NCBI RefSeq assembly: GCF_000306885.1
Contig: NC_018267.1
Location: 210,001 to 242,000 of the forward strand
Direction: 5' to 3'
Source of the DNA: Wolbachia endosymbiont of Onchocerca ochengi
GTDB taxonomy: Bacteria; Pseudomonadota; Alphaproteobacteria; Rickettsiales; Anaplasmataceae
DNA: 32,000 bases
A model generated the notes under the pieces. That model had not been told where the DNA came from. It searched no databases and saw only the letters and a program-made list of their open reading frames with translations. Position 1 is the first letter of the stretch; the number at the start of each line of letters is the position of its first letter. The position numbers and the translations under genes were made by a program. Below, piece after piece: positions 20,331-30,235 of this stretch.

Positions 20331-22104
20331 AAAACAACCTTCCATAACAACTTGCTATAACTTTATACATGAAAAGAAACGTATAATAAACTAACAAATT
20401 TATTTAGGATTAAAAAGAAGCCTATTACAACTTGCTTTTTACTAGTCTAATTTACGCATACTAATCTCCTATCAAGATTACTTTCAAAAGACAAAAGATT
20501 ACTTACAGCTTTTAAACGAATTCCTTCACTTGAAATTAATAATTCCATACTCTTCGCTAACATTAAACATTGTATTTTATACGCTTTCCTAAGTAATAGT
20601 GTAAAACATCACTTCTTGTATAGCCCAGCTACACGTTACAGATCCATGATCATACACTAAAACACCACAAAATTTTCTTTCAAATCAACTATTAATCTTC
20701 TCTCTTTCACATTATCAAACACTGAAAAACTATTATCATGATAAGATGTTTAATCATATAAAATCCAGTGTCCACATACCTATGGAAGCAATTTATCCAT
20801 CTTTAAGGAAAAAACTACCACAATAGAAGGCTCATACAGGTGAAAAATTACTCTGAATATCCCCTCTTGCTTGATAAATAAAATCGTGGATTATATAACT
20901 AGCTTTTTACCTACCAATATTCTTTATCTTCAACCACACTCCCATCAAATAACATTTAACATCAATAAATTTTCATTCACCTCACTAAAACATATACCAA
21001 ATGGATAAATGTAGAATGACCCTTGATCTTCAGAACACACTAACAGATGAGTGTATGTACAATCACCCATTTTAAGGTAAAACAGAAAATCTTAATAAGT
21101 ATAAACTACTTCCCTTTTTACCTTGCTCTTTGCTAATAACATAACTCCTAGTTAAATCTCCTGAAAGCTTATATCAAGAAAAGAAGCTCATAGTAAACTA
21201 ACCTCCAGTTTAAAGTCAAGAGTAAATCAGGGAAAGAAGAGTTGTCAATTCTTAGTAAAAAAGTAGCTGTTATATAGTAGCCTACAAAGATCACGCAAAT
21301 TTATATTTTCAAATTACATAATATCATCGCAAAAATAACCTTACTATATAATATTTTAAACGTTTTAAAGCTTAAGCTTGATGTTATTATGAATATAAAT
21401 TTTAAAATTATAAAATATAATAAACATTAACACAAAGAAACAAACAACAGAAATTTTCATACAGAATCAGGTAGAATTACAAAATCCGCTTCTATATTAT
21501 TGCCTTTTTAGAAAGTAGGTAAGCTTTCTACAGCAATAAAATTATCTAATATAATAGATGCACTGATTATAAACATCAACTTCTCGAATAACACTCAAGT
21601 TCATTCTATATATGATAATATCTTCGAACACAACCAAATCCATGAAGAAGCACAAGACAGAATATATAATATTGGACAAATTATGCTTCAGACAATAGAA
21701 GCTTATCCAATTCATCAAAAAATTATATATTTATTGACAAATTGATGGAAGATAGTAAATACAACACAAAAATACATAACTCAGTAATAGAACTTAACAA
21801 AAGAATGAATACAAGAATTCTTCCTATAGTGCTCAAATGTGAGCTATATATATACTACAAAAGGGCATTAAATTAAAAAGACAGAGGAAAAATAGGAAAG
21901 CAACCAATATAAGTAGCGTTATAAAAAAATTTAGAACTCATAATTTATTTATACCATCACCTAATGTCATAGAGATAGAGAATTCAAACATGAGTATAAG
22001 GGAAGTAGTTGAGAAAATAACATATCAGGTGCACAGACTTAGCCAAATTGATAGAGTTTACATAAAAGGTTAACTTACAATAGGCTCATATATCTAGGCT
22101 CATT

Positions 22105-22698
22105 TTAATAGAGAGCTTTAACTTCACCTAGCTTCTGTTTATTTTCCAGCCTATAATGGGCTAATAGTCCTGCATGGCTAGCATTTAATACAGGTAAACT
22201 ACAATCCATATATGTAGTGCAGTTATTGTTTATCATCCCAGTATCTAGACACTGGGATTTAGCAATGTTACGTACTACAGTTGGGTATGATAATGGTAAT
22301 AAATTGAAACTAAATAATTGTGTATAAAATCCTTGAGCATTTTTAATTATAGCCCTAATATTTTTTTTACTATTTGTACGAAGCAATGATATTGCGTATG
22401 CCTGAACTTCTAGTGTACTAACTCCATACAATGGCTTATCTGTAACAAGATTTATGCCTTTTGCAGCTGATATACCAACTCTAATTCCAGTAAAACTCCC
22501 AGGTCCAACTACTACCACTAAATGGTCTATTTCATTATAAGTATAGTTATGCCTACTGAACAGAGCATCTAAAACTTGAAAAAACGACTCTACGTGATTA
22601 TTGCTGGTGGAATTGTGTTCTACTAAACACTTACCACCATGATCGATTATCGCTATTGAGCTACTAGAACCTACAGTATCAATTGCTAAAATGGACAT
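22105..22698 (-). CDS. tsaB: tRNA N6-threonylcarbamoyladenosine biosynthesis protein TsaB (YeaZ)
   Basis: 197-aa ORF with the N-terminal ASKHA-fold pattern MSILAIDTVGSSSSIAII...VVVVGPGSFTGIRVGISAAKG. The C-terminal third is divergent and contains the palindromic element at 22235-22260. Confidence 0.85.
   Translation of the reverse strand: MSILAIDTVGSSSSIAIIDHGGKCLVEHNSTSNNHVESFFQVLDALFSRHNYTYNEIDHLVVVVGPGSFTGIRVGISAAKGINLVTDKPLYGVSTLEVQAYAISLLRTNSKKNIRAIIKNAQGFYTQLFSFNLLPLSYPTVVRNIAKSQCLDTGMINNNCTTYMDCSLPVLNASHAGLLAHYRLENKQKLGEVKALY
22235..22260. repeat. GC-rich palindromic element, copy inside the tsaB CDS
   Basis: The minus-strand read is AAATCCCAGTGTCTAGATACTGGGAT. The arms ATCCCAGT/ACTGGGAT flank a TCTAGA core, and it encodes K-S-Q-C-L-D-T-G-M. 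It shares both arms with the element at 30211-30235. Confidence 0.6.
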
Positions 22699-23562
22699 TA
22701 TTTAAGTTTACTATAGAGCTTTACAAATATTACAGTAAAGGCACCATTCATCTATAACTATAACATTCACTAAAATTATTATCAAATCAAACGCTACATA
22801 TAATGCAGTAATTAACAAGAGCATTTCCTGAGAAAACTTAGGATTCTCCTCAAGAAATAGATAACATTACTATAATTCCTCCTGCTGAACCGCAACGATA
22901 GCAAACTTAAATAAAAATAGAAAAGGAAAGTCACATAGTCTATTATATAACGCACAACCAGAAGTAATTATAATCAATTATATTATAATAAAAGAAAGCA
23001 ACCCACCCACAGGTAAAAGCTAGTAGTTATCGACACAATAAATAATACTATATCAAATTGCTTCACGTTTTTTACTCTCTGGCAAGAGCAAGCGGCAAGA
23101 TTGTATTACCAAACAGTACTCATTGCAGTAATAAATGCTCTAAGCATCATATTGCCTATACTAGTTACTTAACTTGGGATTTTGAATGAAGTTGCCGCTC
23201 CACACAAGAGAAAAATATAGAAGTAAACAAATGTTATATATAATAACAAAAATTACTGAGTAATCTTTTGAAGATTACAAGATAAAACCTGGTCATGCTG
23301 CCTTTTAAAGTAAGACCGAGTATAAATACCTGAATAACTGAAGTCAAAAACACTTTCAAATAAACTAAATCAAATCTGATATTTCGTATGAAAGTTTTTC
23401 ACTTATCCTCAATAGAAATACAAATATCACTATGCTGTATATAAATCCATAAACAAGAACATAAAAGTTAGAAAGCAGTACGGGTAGCTTAAACGACCAT
23501 GAAGAGTAATTGTTTTTATATATTATATTTTATATAAAATAAGTGTTTTGTAGATAAAACGC

Positions 23563-23817
23563 CTAATCAAGTAGGCGATTAAACTTGAAGCTAGATTCAA
23601 CATGAAAATCGTTATAATAAGCAACAATATAAATCTTATAGCTTATTACTAAGATTGTTAGCACTGCTAATATTAACGTAAAGACAATAAAAGGCATCAT
23701 AAACAGCAAAATTCCTTTGATGCTTAAATTTAACAAGCACAAAAGGGTTTTCACTTCTACTAGAACTAAATAACCAAAAAACATAACTAAAATAATATCA
23801 GCAAGTAATGTTAACAA
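23563..23817 (-). CDS. Hypothetical small hydrophobic ORF (possibly only a relic of a membrane-protein gene)
   Basis: 84-aa ORF, almost entirely hydrophobic with 2-3 TM-like stretches. I found no recognisable RBS or homology. It lies in the middle of a 3.4-kb decayed spacer. Confidence 0.2.
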   Translation of the reverse strand: MLTLLADIILVMFFGYLVLVEVKTLLCLLNLSIKGILLFMMPFIVFTLILAVLTILVISYKIYIVAYYNDFHVESSFKFNRLLD

Positions 23818-25139
23818 TTACAACATTTCTTAATATAGCAATATTATTAAGGAGATAATGGGTAAACCAGCCATTAAGTAAAACAAAACTACCTGAACCA
23901 CTATATATACTTATTAAAAACTTAACTTTAATCAATCAAAACCATGTAATCAGAGTTAGTTTTGAACTTTTTAATGGTTCCTTCAGAATTAAATTTTACT
24001 ATATCGAATAGCATGAAGTGCTTATAAAAAGAGAGTTTTCAAGGCTTAGAGTATATAATGTTAGTTTGTTCGTACAACACCTTAACCACTATTAAAACAT
24101 GTCAAGCTTAACCTGTGAGAACCAGAGCAGTAAGTAATACCTGCATTTGTGTAATGTGTGTTGTTTACTTCATGATCATACTTTTCCCCAAATTTACTAC
24201 CACTACCATATAAAAAAAATGCAATCAAGATCAAACAACTCTAATTTCAAGCTAAAATTTCAGTGTAGTAGTTGATTACAGCATTTACACCCTTTAGGAG
24301 TTTCACTTGCACAATCAGTTAGATTTTTCCTCATAAATTTACTAGTTAAGCAGCAGTAAAATTTATATCATCTGATAGACTATTTTTACAGGAAAGATTA
24401 GCAGCAACTAGATCGCTATGTTGTAAGTCATTTTCTCTTGTACATAATTAAGTCTCAGTTGAAAAGCTATTAAATCACAGGAGATATATAGCTTATTATC
24501 TGTTGCTTTAACTTTAATTTAAGTCTATTATAACCATAATAAATATTGGGTTTAATCTAAAAGATCATGTTTTTATCATACCTAACACTATTATTCTTCT
24601 TTTCATCATCACGTAAATTTGCATAGTTTATCCGGCAACCACTTACTCTACAAGCAGCTGTATAATTTTTTGAAGTATTGGTTAGTATACTCTAGCTAAT
24701 TAAGCTTTCTTACCATATTCAATCAACCCAAGTTCCAGACTTTTAATGATAAATACTATTCTTCATGTCTAATTTTCCTATGTCTAACATTTTTAGGTTT
24801 ACAACATTAAAACCCATTTGAGTATTTGAATAAACTTGCTGTAAATAAAGAAAGAGAAGTACAAATAACTCGAAATCTTATCTTTAGGCTGAATATTAAA
24901 AGAATCCTTGTTAAAAGGATCACTAAATCTCAAATCTATTTTTTTATCTAGTCCACATAAAATATTCCCTTGTCCAGAATTACTCTAGCATTAATACCAT
25001 TTTGTGAAAACAATACCAAAAGCAGTACAGCTAAGCAATAACTCAACTTTACAGATAAACTTAAGTCTTTATATAAAAACATAAGTTTAAGCTCAACATA
25101 GATAAAAAACAACTTCCAGAAGGCTACTTTGGCTAAATG

Positions 25140-25375
25140 TTAAGCTTTACTGCCAGTTTCTAAGCCATATTTTCCTAAACAACTCCTTACATCATCAGCT
25201 ACTTTTGCACTTAAAACACTGATTAATGTCTTATCAAGTAGACTCTCGTTTTTATGTTTCGGTAAATCTCTTGCACCTTAATTGAATCCTAAAATTGATA
25301 AAGTTTTTTTTCTTTATCTTGACGAATAGATATCATTAAATCATCTTTCTTTTTTACAGTTATAAAATCTTCCAC
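25140..25375 (-). pseudogene. Relic of an unidentified gene (3' ~79 codons) with a homopolymer frameshift and one in-frame stop
   Basis: The minus-strand read is VEDFITVKKKDDLMISIRQDKEKK. A frameshift follows in an A8 run (T8 at 25304-25311 on +). It then reads TLSILGFN*GARDLPKHKNESLLDKTLISVLSAKVADDVRSCLGKYGLETGSKA*. The composition is protein-like, but I cannot assign a family. Confidence 0.3.
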
Positions 25376-26102
25376 ACTTTATACTCTATACAGCAAATTT
25401 ATAAGCATAATGGAATTATAGCTAAATGTTAAACCACGGCACTTATTATGTGAGAAACATAAACTACAAACCTGCTACTATCTTTTGATAGAAATAGAGC
25501 CTTTCAAGCTTTTCCATTTACTCAATTTACCTGACATTTTATCAACAGCCAAAGTAACTGATGTGCTAATTAATGTAGCAACCCAAATAAAAGCAGTATA
25601 AATATAATTAAAAATTATATTAACAAATTTAGCTATTCTTGCAACTATGATCTTCTGCTTTGCCTGGTACACTTCCCAAGTAGCGTATCAACAAGCTCGA
25701 ATAACCCAAGTAATAGTTGTTTGTTATCAACTAATCTCTTTACTATTAAATATAACAAATATACAAATATTGAAATATAAAGATTGTAGAACTATAAAAG
25801 TGGTGCACTATAATCAATTCTACTATAAGATACATAATAGGCATACTTTTCATCACTTTTAAAACTGTGCAAACACTAAAAGCAAATTTCACTTTAGACC
25901 ACGACACTATCAATACAGTGGATAAATTTATAGGAATAGTTTTATATAATCTTGCTATTATTTTTTCTACAGAGAAATATTTCTATATTTAGCATTTTTC
26001 TAAAATTCTTATAAATCTCTGACATTTTCATTTTCAATGAATATACAATTATTGTTGCATCATTTAAAATGTATTAATTACATGTTGTACAAAAGCATAT
26101 AT

Positions 26103-26117
26103 TACGATACTATCGTA
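26103..26117. promoter_or_regulatory. 15-bp palindrome TACGATA-C-TATCGTA in the sodB leader (candidate operator, overlapping a possible -10)
   Basis: Inverted 7-mers separated by 1 nt, 26 nt upstream of the sodB ATG. A possible TTGTAC(26085)-17 nt-TACTAT(26108) promoter overlaps it. The SD-like motifs AGGAGG (26117) and AGAGG (26133) follow. Confidence 0.2.
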
Positions 26118-26142
26118 GGAGGTTAAGAATAAAGAGGTTAGT

Positions 26143-26742
26143 ATGAGTTTTACTTTACCTGAGTTACCATATGATAAAACAGCTTTAGAGCCCTACATAT
26201 CTGCAAAGACCTTGAATTTTCACTACGATAAGCACCATAGAGGATATTTAAATAAGCTCAATGAGCTAGTTGAAAATACGGACATGAAAATTGAAGAATT
26301 AATAACGAAAGTCCATGGCAATAGTAACAAAATTTCTATATTTAACAATGCAGCACAAGTTTGGAACCACACTTTCTATTGGAACTCAATGAAAAAAAAT
26401 GGCGGCAGCAAGCCTAAAGATGACAGTCTTCTCGCAAAAAAAATTCAAGATGATATTGGTGGCTTTGATAGATTTTATGAAGAATTTTTAAGTTATGGAG
26501 TAAGCCAGTTTGGTAGTGGGTGGGTGTGGCTAGTGCTTGAAAAAGGAAAACTCAAAATCACCAAAACTCCAAATTCTGACCTGCCATTAATCTATAATCA
26601 AGTGCCACTGCTTACTATGGATGTCTGGGAACATGCATACTACTTAGATTGCCAAAACCGCAAAATTGACTATATAAAAGCTTTTCTTAATCATTTGATT
26701 AACTGGGACTTTGCAGAAGAAAACTTGAAAAAGAACATATAA
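26143..26742 (+). CDS. sodB: Iron superoxide dismutase
   Basis: 199-aa ORF. Fe/Mn-SOD metal-ligand contexts are present (FHYDKHH, AAQVWNHTFYW, DVWEHAYYLD). The AGAGG SD lies 5-6 nt upstream. Confidence 0.95.
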   Translation: MSFTLPELPYDKTALEPYISAKTLNFHYDKHHRGYLNKLNELVENTDMKIEELITKVHGNSNKISIFNNAAQVWNHTFYWNSMKKNGGSKPKDDSLLAKKIQDDIGGFDRFYEEFLSYGVSQFGSGWVWLVLEKGKLKITKTPNSDLPLIYNQVPLLTMDVWEHAYYLDCQNRKIDYIKAFLNHLINWDFAEENLKKNI

Positions 26743-26743
26743 A

Positions 26744-28015
26744 ATGAATGCACCACAGGTAACAAGATTAGATAATGGTTTGCGCATAATAACTGAGCAA
26801 GTATATAATGTTGATCCCATAGCTTTTAATATACGAGTTGACGTTGGGAGTAGAGCTGAAAGCGCAAATCAAAATGGCATATCCCACTTTCTAGAACACA
26901 TGGCTTTCAAAGGAACAAAGACCAGAACTGCATTTGAAATTGCAAAAGCTTTTGACGACATAGGCGGAGTTTTCAATGCTAGTACTGGTAGAGAAAGCAC
27001 TAATTACTATGCAAAGATTCTTAAAAAAGATATAAAAACTGGCATTAATATATTAATAGATATATTAATGAATTCCACGTTTCCAGAAGACGAATTGAAA
27101 CGTGAAAAGAGTGTTGTAATACAAGAGATTTTTCAGACTAACGATTCACCAAGTGATATTATTTTTGACAGATATTTTGAGGTAGCTTATAAAAATCAAC
27201 CATTTGGTAGACCAATCTTAGGTACACAAGATACTGTAAAGTCTTTTAGTCGAGAAGATCTAAATAACTATATAAATGAGCATTACTTTAACAGAAATAT
27301 ACTATTTGCTGCTGCAGGAAATATTGAACATGAGGAAGTTGCTCAGTCAATTAAAGATTTTCTCTCAAAAACTCACCTAAAAGACCTGAAGAAAAGACAA
27401 AATGCAAGCTACACTGGTGGTGAATATTTAGAGTATCGTAAATTAGATCAGGTATACTTGATAATAGGTTTCCCCAGCGTTTCCTATCATGATGATAGGT
27501 ATCACACATTTCAAATACTTGATTCCATACTAGGAAGCGGGATGTCATCACGCTTATTCCAGGAAGTAAGAGAAAAACAGGGATTAGCTTACTCAGTTTA
27601 TTCTTTTAATTCTAGCTATACTGACACAGGAATGCTTTCCATTTTTGCTGGTACAGACAGCAGCAATTTAAGCAAATTTTTAAAATCTATAACGATGGAG
27701 TTGAAAAAATTGTCTACAAGTGATCTAAAGGAAGAAGAAGTAAACAGAGCAAAAGAGCGAGTAAAATCACAAATTTTGATGTCACGTGAGAGCGTTAGCT
27801 CTCGTGTTGAAGCGTTGGGCCACTACTATAGCACCTTTAATAAGTATATCAGTAAAAATGAACTAATAGAAAAAATTAGCGTAGTTACCACTACTGATGT
27901 AAAAGAAGCAGCAAAGGAGTTATTATCTCAACATGAGAAAACCACTTTAGCCGCAATTGGAGAAATTAAGTCATTGCCAAGCTATGATAAAGTAGTCTCT
28001 ATGCTTAGAACTTAG
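26744..28015 (+). CDS. M16-family zinc metallopeptidase (pitrilysin / mitochondrial-processing-peptidase-like)
   Basis: 423-aa ORF with the inverted zinc motif HxxEH (HFLEHMAFKGT) and a downstream Glu region (REKSVVIQEI). It starts 1 nt after the sodB stop, so the two are probably co-transcribed. Confidence 0.9.
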   Translation: MNAPQVTRLDNGLRIITEQVYNVDPIAFNIRVDVGSRAESANQNGISHFLEHMAFKGTKTRTAFEIAKAFDDIGGVFNASTGRESTNYYAKILKKDIKTGINILIDILMNSTFPEDELKREKSVVIQEIFQTNDSPSDIIFDRYFEVAYKNQPFGRPILGTQDTVKSFSREDLNNYINEHYFNRNILFAAAGNIEHEEVAQSIKDFLSKTHLKDLKKRQNASYTGGEYLEYRKLDQVYLIIGFPSVSYHDDRYHTFQILDSILGSGMSSRLFQEVREKQGLAYSVYSFNSSYTDTGMLSIFAGTDSSNLSKFLKSITMELKKLSTSDLKEEEVNRAKERVKSQILMSRESVSSRVEALGHYYSTFNKYISKNELIEKISVVTTTDVKEAAKELLSQHEKTTLAAIGEIKSLPSYDKVVSMLRT

Positions 28016-28210
28016 ACATCAAAATATAGATACAGATGCTGCCTCCTTCCTGTTATGGTTACTTTTAAAACACAATACTCATATAATTTCATGTCATACT
28101 ACAATAATTGTACAAGTATTGATCAAAGCAGTAAGCAAATAATTTTAATTGAAAAATAGTTTTTTTACTATATAAATGCTAATTTAAGGCAATCAAGTTA
28201 AGTAGTCAAA

Positions 28211-28732
28211 GTGGAAAATAATAAATATAGCTTAAGTTTAAGGATTATCCATTGGTTAATGGCTGCTTTCATTATCAGCATGCTTTGCCCTATGTTCTAT
28301 ATAAAAAGCTTACCAGTTAACAATAAAATTAAATCCAGTATATATACTATTCATAAAGCTTGCGGAATTACTGTCCTTAAATTGGTTGTAATACGAGCGT
28401 TTTTTCGCGCCTTTAGTTATGTTCCACCACTTTCAGCAAATCTTTCTCGATTTGAAGCCAATGTAAGCAAAGTGGTACATTTTGTTTTATATTTTCTAAT
28501 GGTACTGATGCCATTATCTGGTTATGTTATGTCCTCTGCTTCTGGCATAGAGATCAAATACTTTTTCCATATCCCTTTATTAATTAGTAAAAATAAAGAG
28601 CTAACTAATGTAGCAAACAAGCTACATTCAATATTTGCATACCTTATGTTATTTTTTATAACATTACATATAATTGGTGCTTTAAAGCACACATTCGTAG
28701 ATAAACAAAATATTTTTAAACGCATTATATAG
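28211..28732 (+). CDS. Cytochrome b561 family protein (CybB-like, di-haem membrane protein)
   Basis: 173-aa ORF with a GTG start. It has four TM helices with conserved His positions (RIIHW, VHFVLY, LHSIFAY, LHIIGALKH). Confidence 0.8.
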   Translation: MENNKYSLSLRIIHWLMAAFIISMLCPMFYIKSLPVNNKIKSSIYTIHKACGITVLKLVVIRAFFRAFSYVPPLSANLSRFEANVSKVVHFVLYFLMVLMPLSGYVMSSASGIEIKYFFHIPLLISKNKELTNVANKLHSIFAYLMLFFITLHIIGALKHTFVDKQNIFKRII

Positions 28733-28738
28733 CTTATT

Positions 28739-29779
28739 ATGTTAAGCAGCCTCTGGAAAAAAGGAGCGAATTTCCTTGGTAGTGATTTTGCAATAATGGG
28801 TGGTGCCATGAGCTGGGTTTCAGAAAGAAGCCTGGTTTCAGCAATCTCAAATGCCGGTGGTTTTGGTGTAATTGCATGCGGTGCGATGTCTCCTGATTTA
28901 CTGAAAAAAGAAATCATGGAGACACAAAAACTAACTAACAAGCCATTTGGTGTAAATCTAATTACTATGCACCCAAATTTGAATAAGTTGATAGATATAT
29001 GCATTGAAACAAAAGTAAGTCACATAGTTCTTGCCGGTGGATTGCCAATGAAGGCTAGTATAGAAAAAATCAAGAATATGGGCATAAAGGTAATATGCTT
29101 TGCGTCATCATTAAACCTTGCAAAGAGGTTAGTAAAAATGGGAGTAGATGCGTTAATAATAGAAGGAATGGAAGCAGGTGGGCATATAGGCCCTGTTAGT
29201 ACTTCCGTTCTCGTACAAGAAATATTGCCTCATTTTAAAAATAAGCAAACACCAGTATTTGTTGCAGGTGGGATAGGGAGAGGAGAAATGATAGTTAATT
29301 ATCTAGAAATAGGAGCAAGTGGTTGCCAAATAGGTACATTGTTTGTCTGCACGAATGAATCAATTGCTCATAAAAATTTTAAGGAAGTGTTTATAAAATC
29401 AGCTGCACGTAATGCAGTATCTTCTGTACAGATAAGTGCCGATTTTCCTGTAATTCCAGTAAGAGCTATAGCCAACAAAGCAAGTGACGATTTTATGAAA
29501 CATCAAAAAGAAATTATCGATAAATATCAAAAGGGACAGATTTCAAAAGAGGATGGGCAACTTGAGATAGAAAAATTCTGGTCTGGAGCTCTAAGAAGAG
29601 CAGTGATTGAAGGAGATGTTGAAACGGGATCTTTAATGGCCGGTCAAAGTGTTGGCATGGTTGATAGAGAAAAGCCTGTAAAAGAAGTAGTGAATATGTT
29701 AATTCAACAAGCAGATAGTTATATTGAAAGCAAATCTGCGGAAGCAGAAAACCCAGCAATTAGGAAAGCAAATAGTTAA
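28739..29779 (+). CDS. FMN-dependent oxidoreductase, nitronate monooxygenase / enoyl-ACP reductase II (FabK) family
   Basis: 346-aa ORF. NMO-family motifs are present: IMGGAMSWVS, SNAGGFGVI, IIEGMEAGGHIG and AGGIGRG. It starts 6 nt after the cytochrome b561 stop. Confidence 0.85.
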   Translation: MLSSLWKKGANFLGSDFAIMGGAMSWVSERSLVSAISNAGGFGVIACGAMSPDLLKKEIMETQKLTNKPFGVNLITMHPNLNKLIDICIETKVSHIVLAGGLPMKASIEKIKNMGIKVICFASSLNLAKRLVKMGVDALIIEGMEAGGHIGPVSTSVLVQEILPHFKNKQTPVFVAGGIGRGEMIVNYLEIGASGCQIGTLFVCTNESIAHKNFKEVFIKSAARNAVSSVQISADFPVIPVRAIANKASDDFMKHQKEIIDKYQKGQISKEDGQLEIEKFWSGALRRAVIEGDVETGSLMAGQSVGMVDREKPVKEVVNMLIQQADSYIESKSAEAENPAIRKANS

Positions 29780-30210
29780 CCAATAGATTCAGATTTTTTC
29801 TAGCTATAAAAATAGAACTAAAAATTACCTGACAAATTCTACCAGCTTTCTCATCACAAGAATGAAGGTATTTAGTTATCTTTAATTTGTGCGGATCAAA
29901 ATAACAAAAATATTACGTAGTTTGGTATTTTATACTTAATGCTTAATTTTTTACATTATATATACCTTATGTCTCTACAAAAATTTCTAGTTTTTACCTA
30001 TATAAGCCAAAATGTGTTCATATAGCCTTTAAGACATCATAGAATCCAATCTGCAAGATTAGAGGATACTATCTATCACAAAGTTACTTTTACCTTTTTT
30101 ATTTGGTAAATTTCTTGCATATTAAAGCAATTTATGCATAAACACTTATTTTTACAATCAATGGTGTTATTCCAATGTGTGATACCTGAACCTATATTTT
30201 TCTCCTTTTA

Positions 30211-30235
30211 AATCCCAGTGCTTGACACTGGGATT
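30211..30235. repeat. GC-rich palindromic element, intergenic copy
   Basis: AATCCCAGTG-CTTGA-CACTGGGATT has perfect 10-bp arms and a 5-nt loop. It shares the AAATCCCAGTG...ACTGGGAT arms with the tsaB-internal copy. Confidence 0.6.

Noticed and set aside
20400-21300. Possible sucA (2-oxoglutarate dehydrogenase E1) relic directly upstream of sucB.
   Set aside because: Minus-strand fragments (YKLSGDLTRSYVIS...; KMGDCTYTHLLVCSEDQGS) can be forced onto the SucA blocks 'WEAQFGDF.NGAQV' and 'KW...SGLV.LLPHGYEGQGPEHSS'. This only works with poor identity and the wrong spacing (~10 extra residues). The interval is also too short for sucA. The evidence is insufficient, and the question needs blastx.
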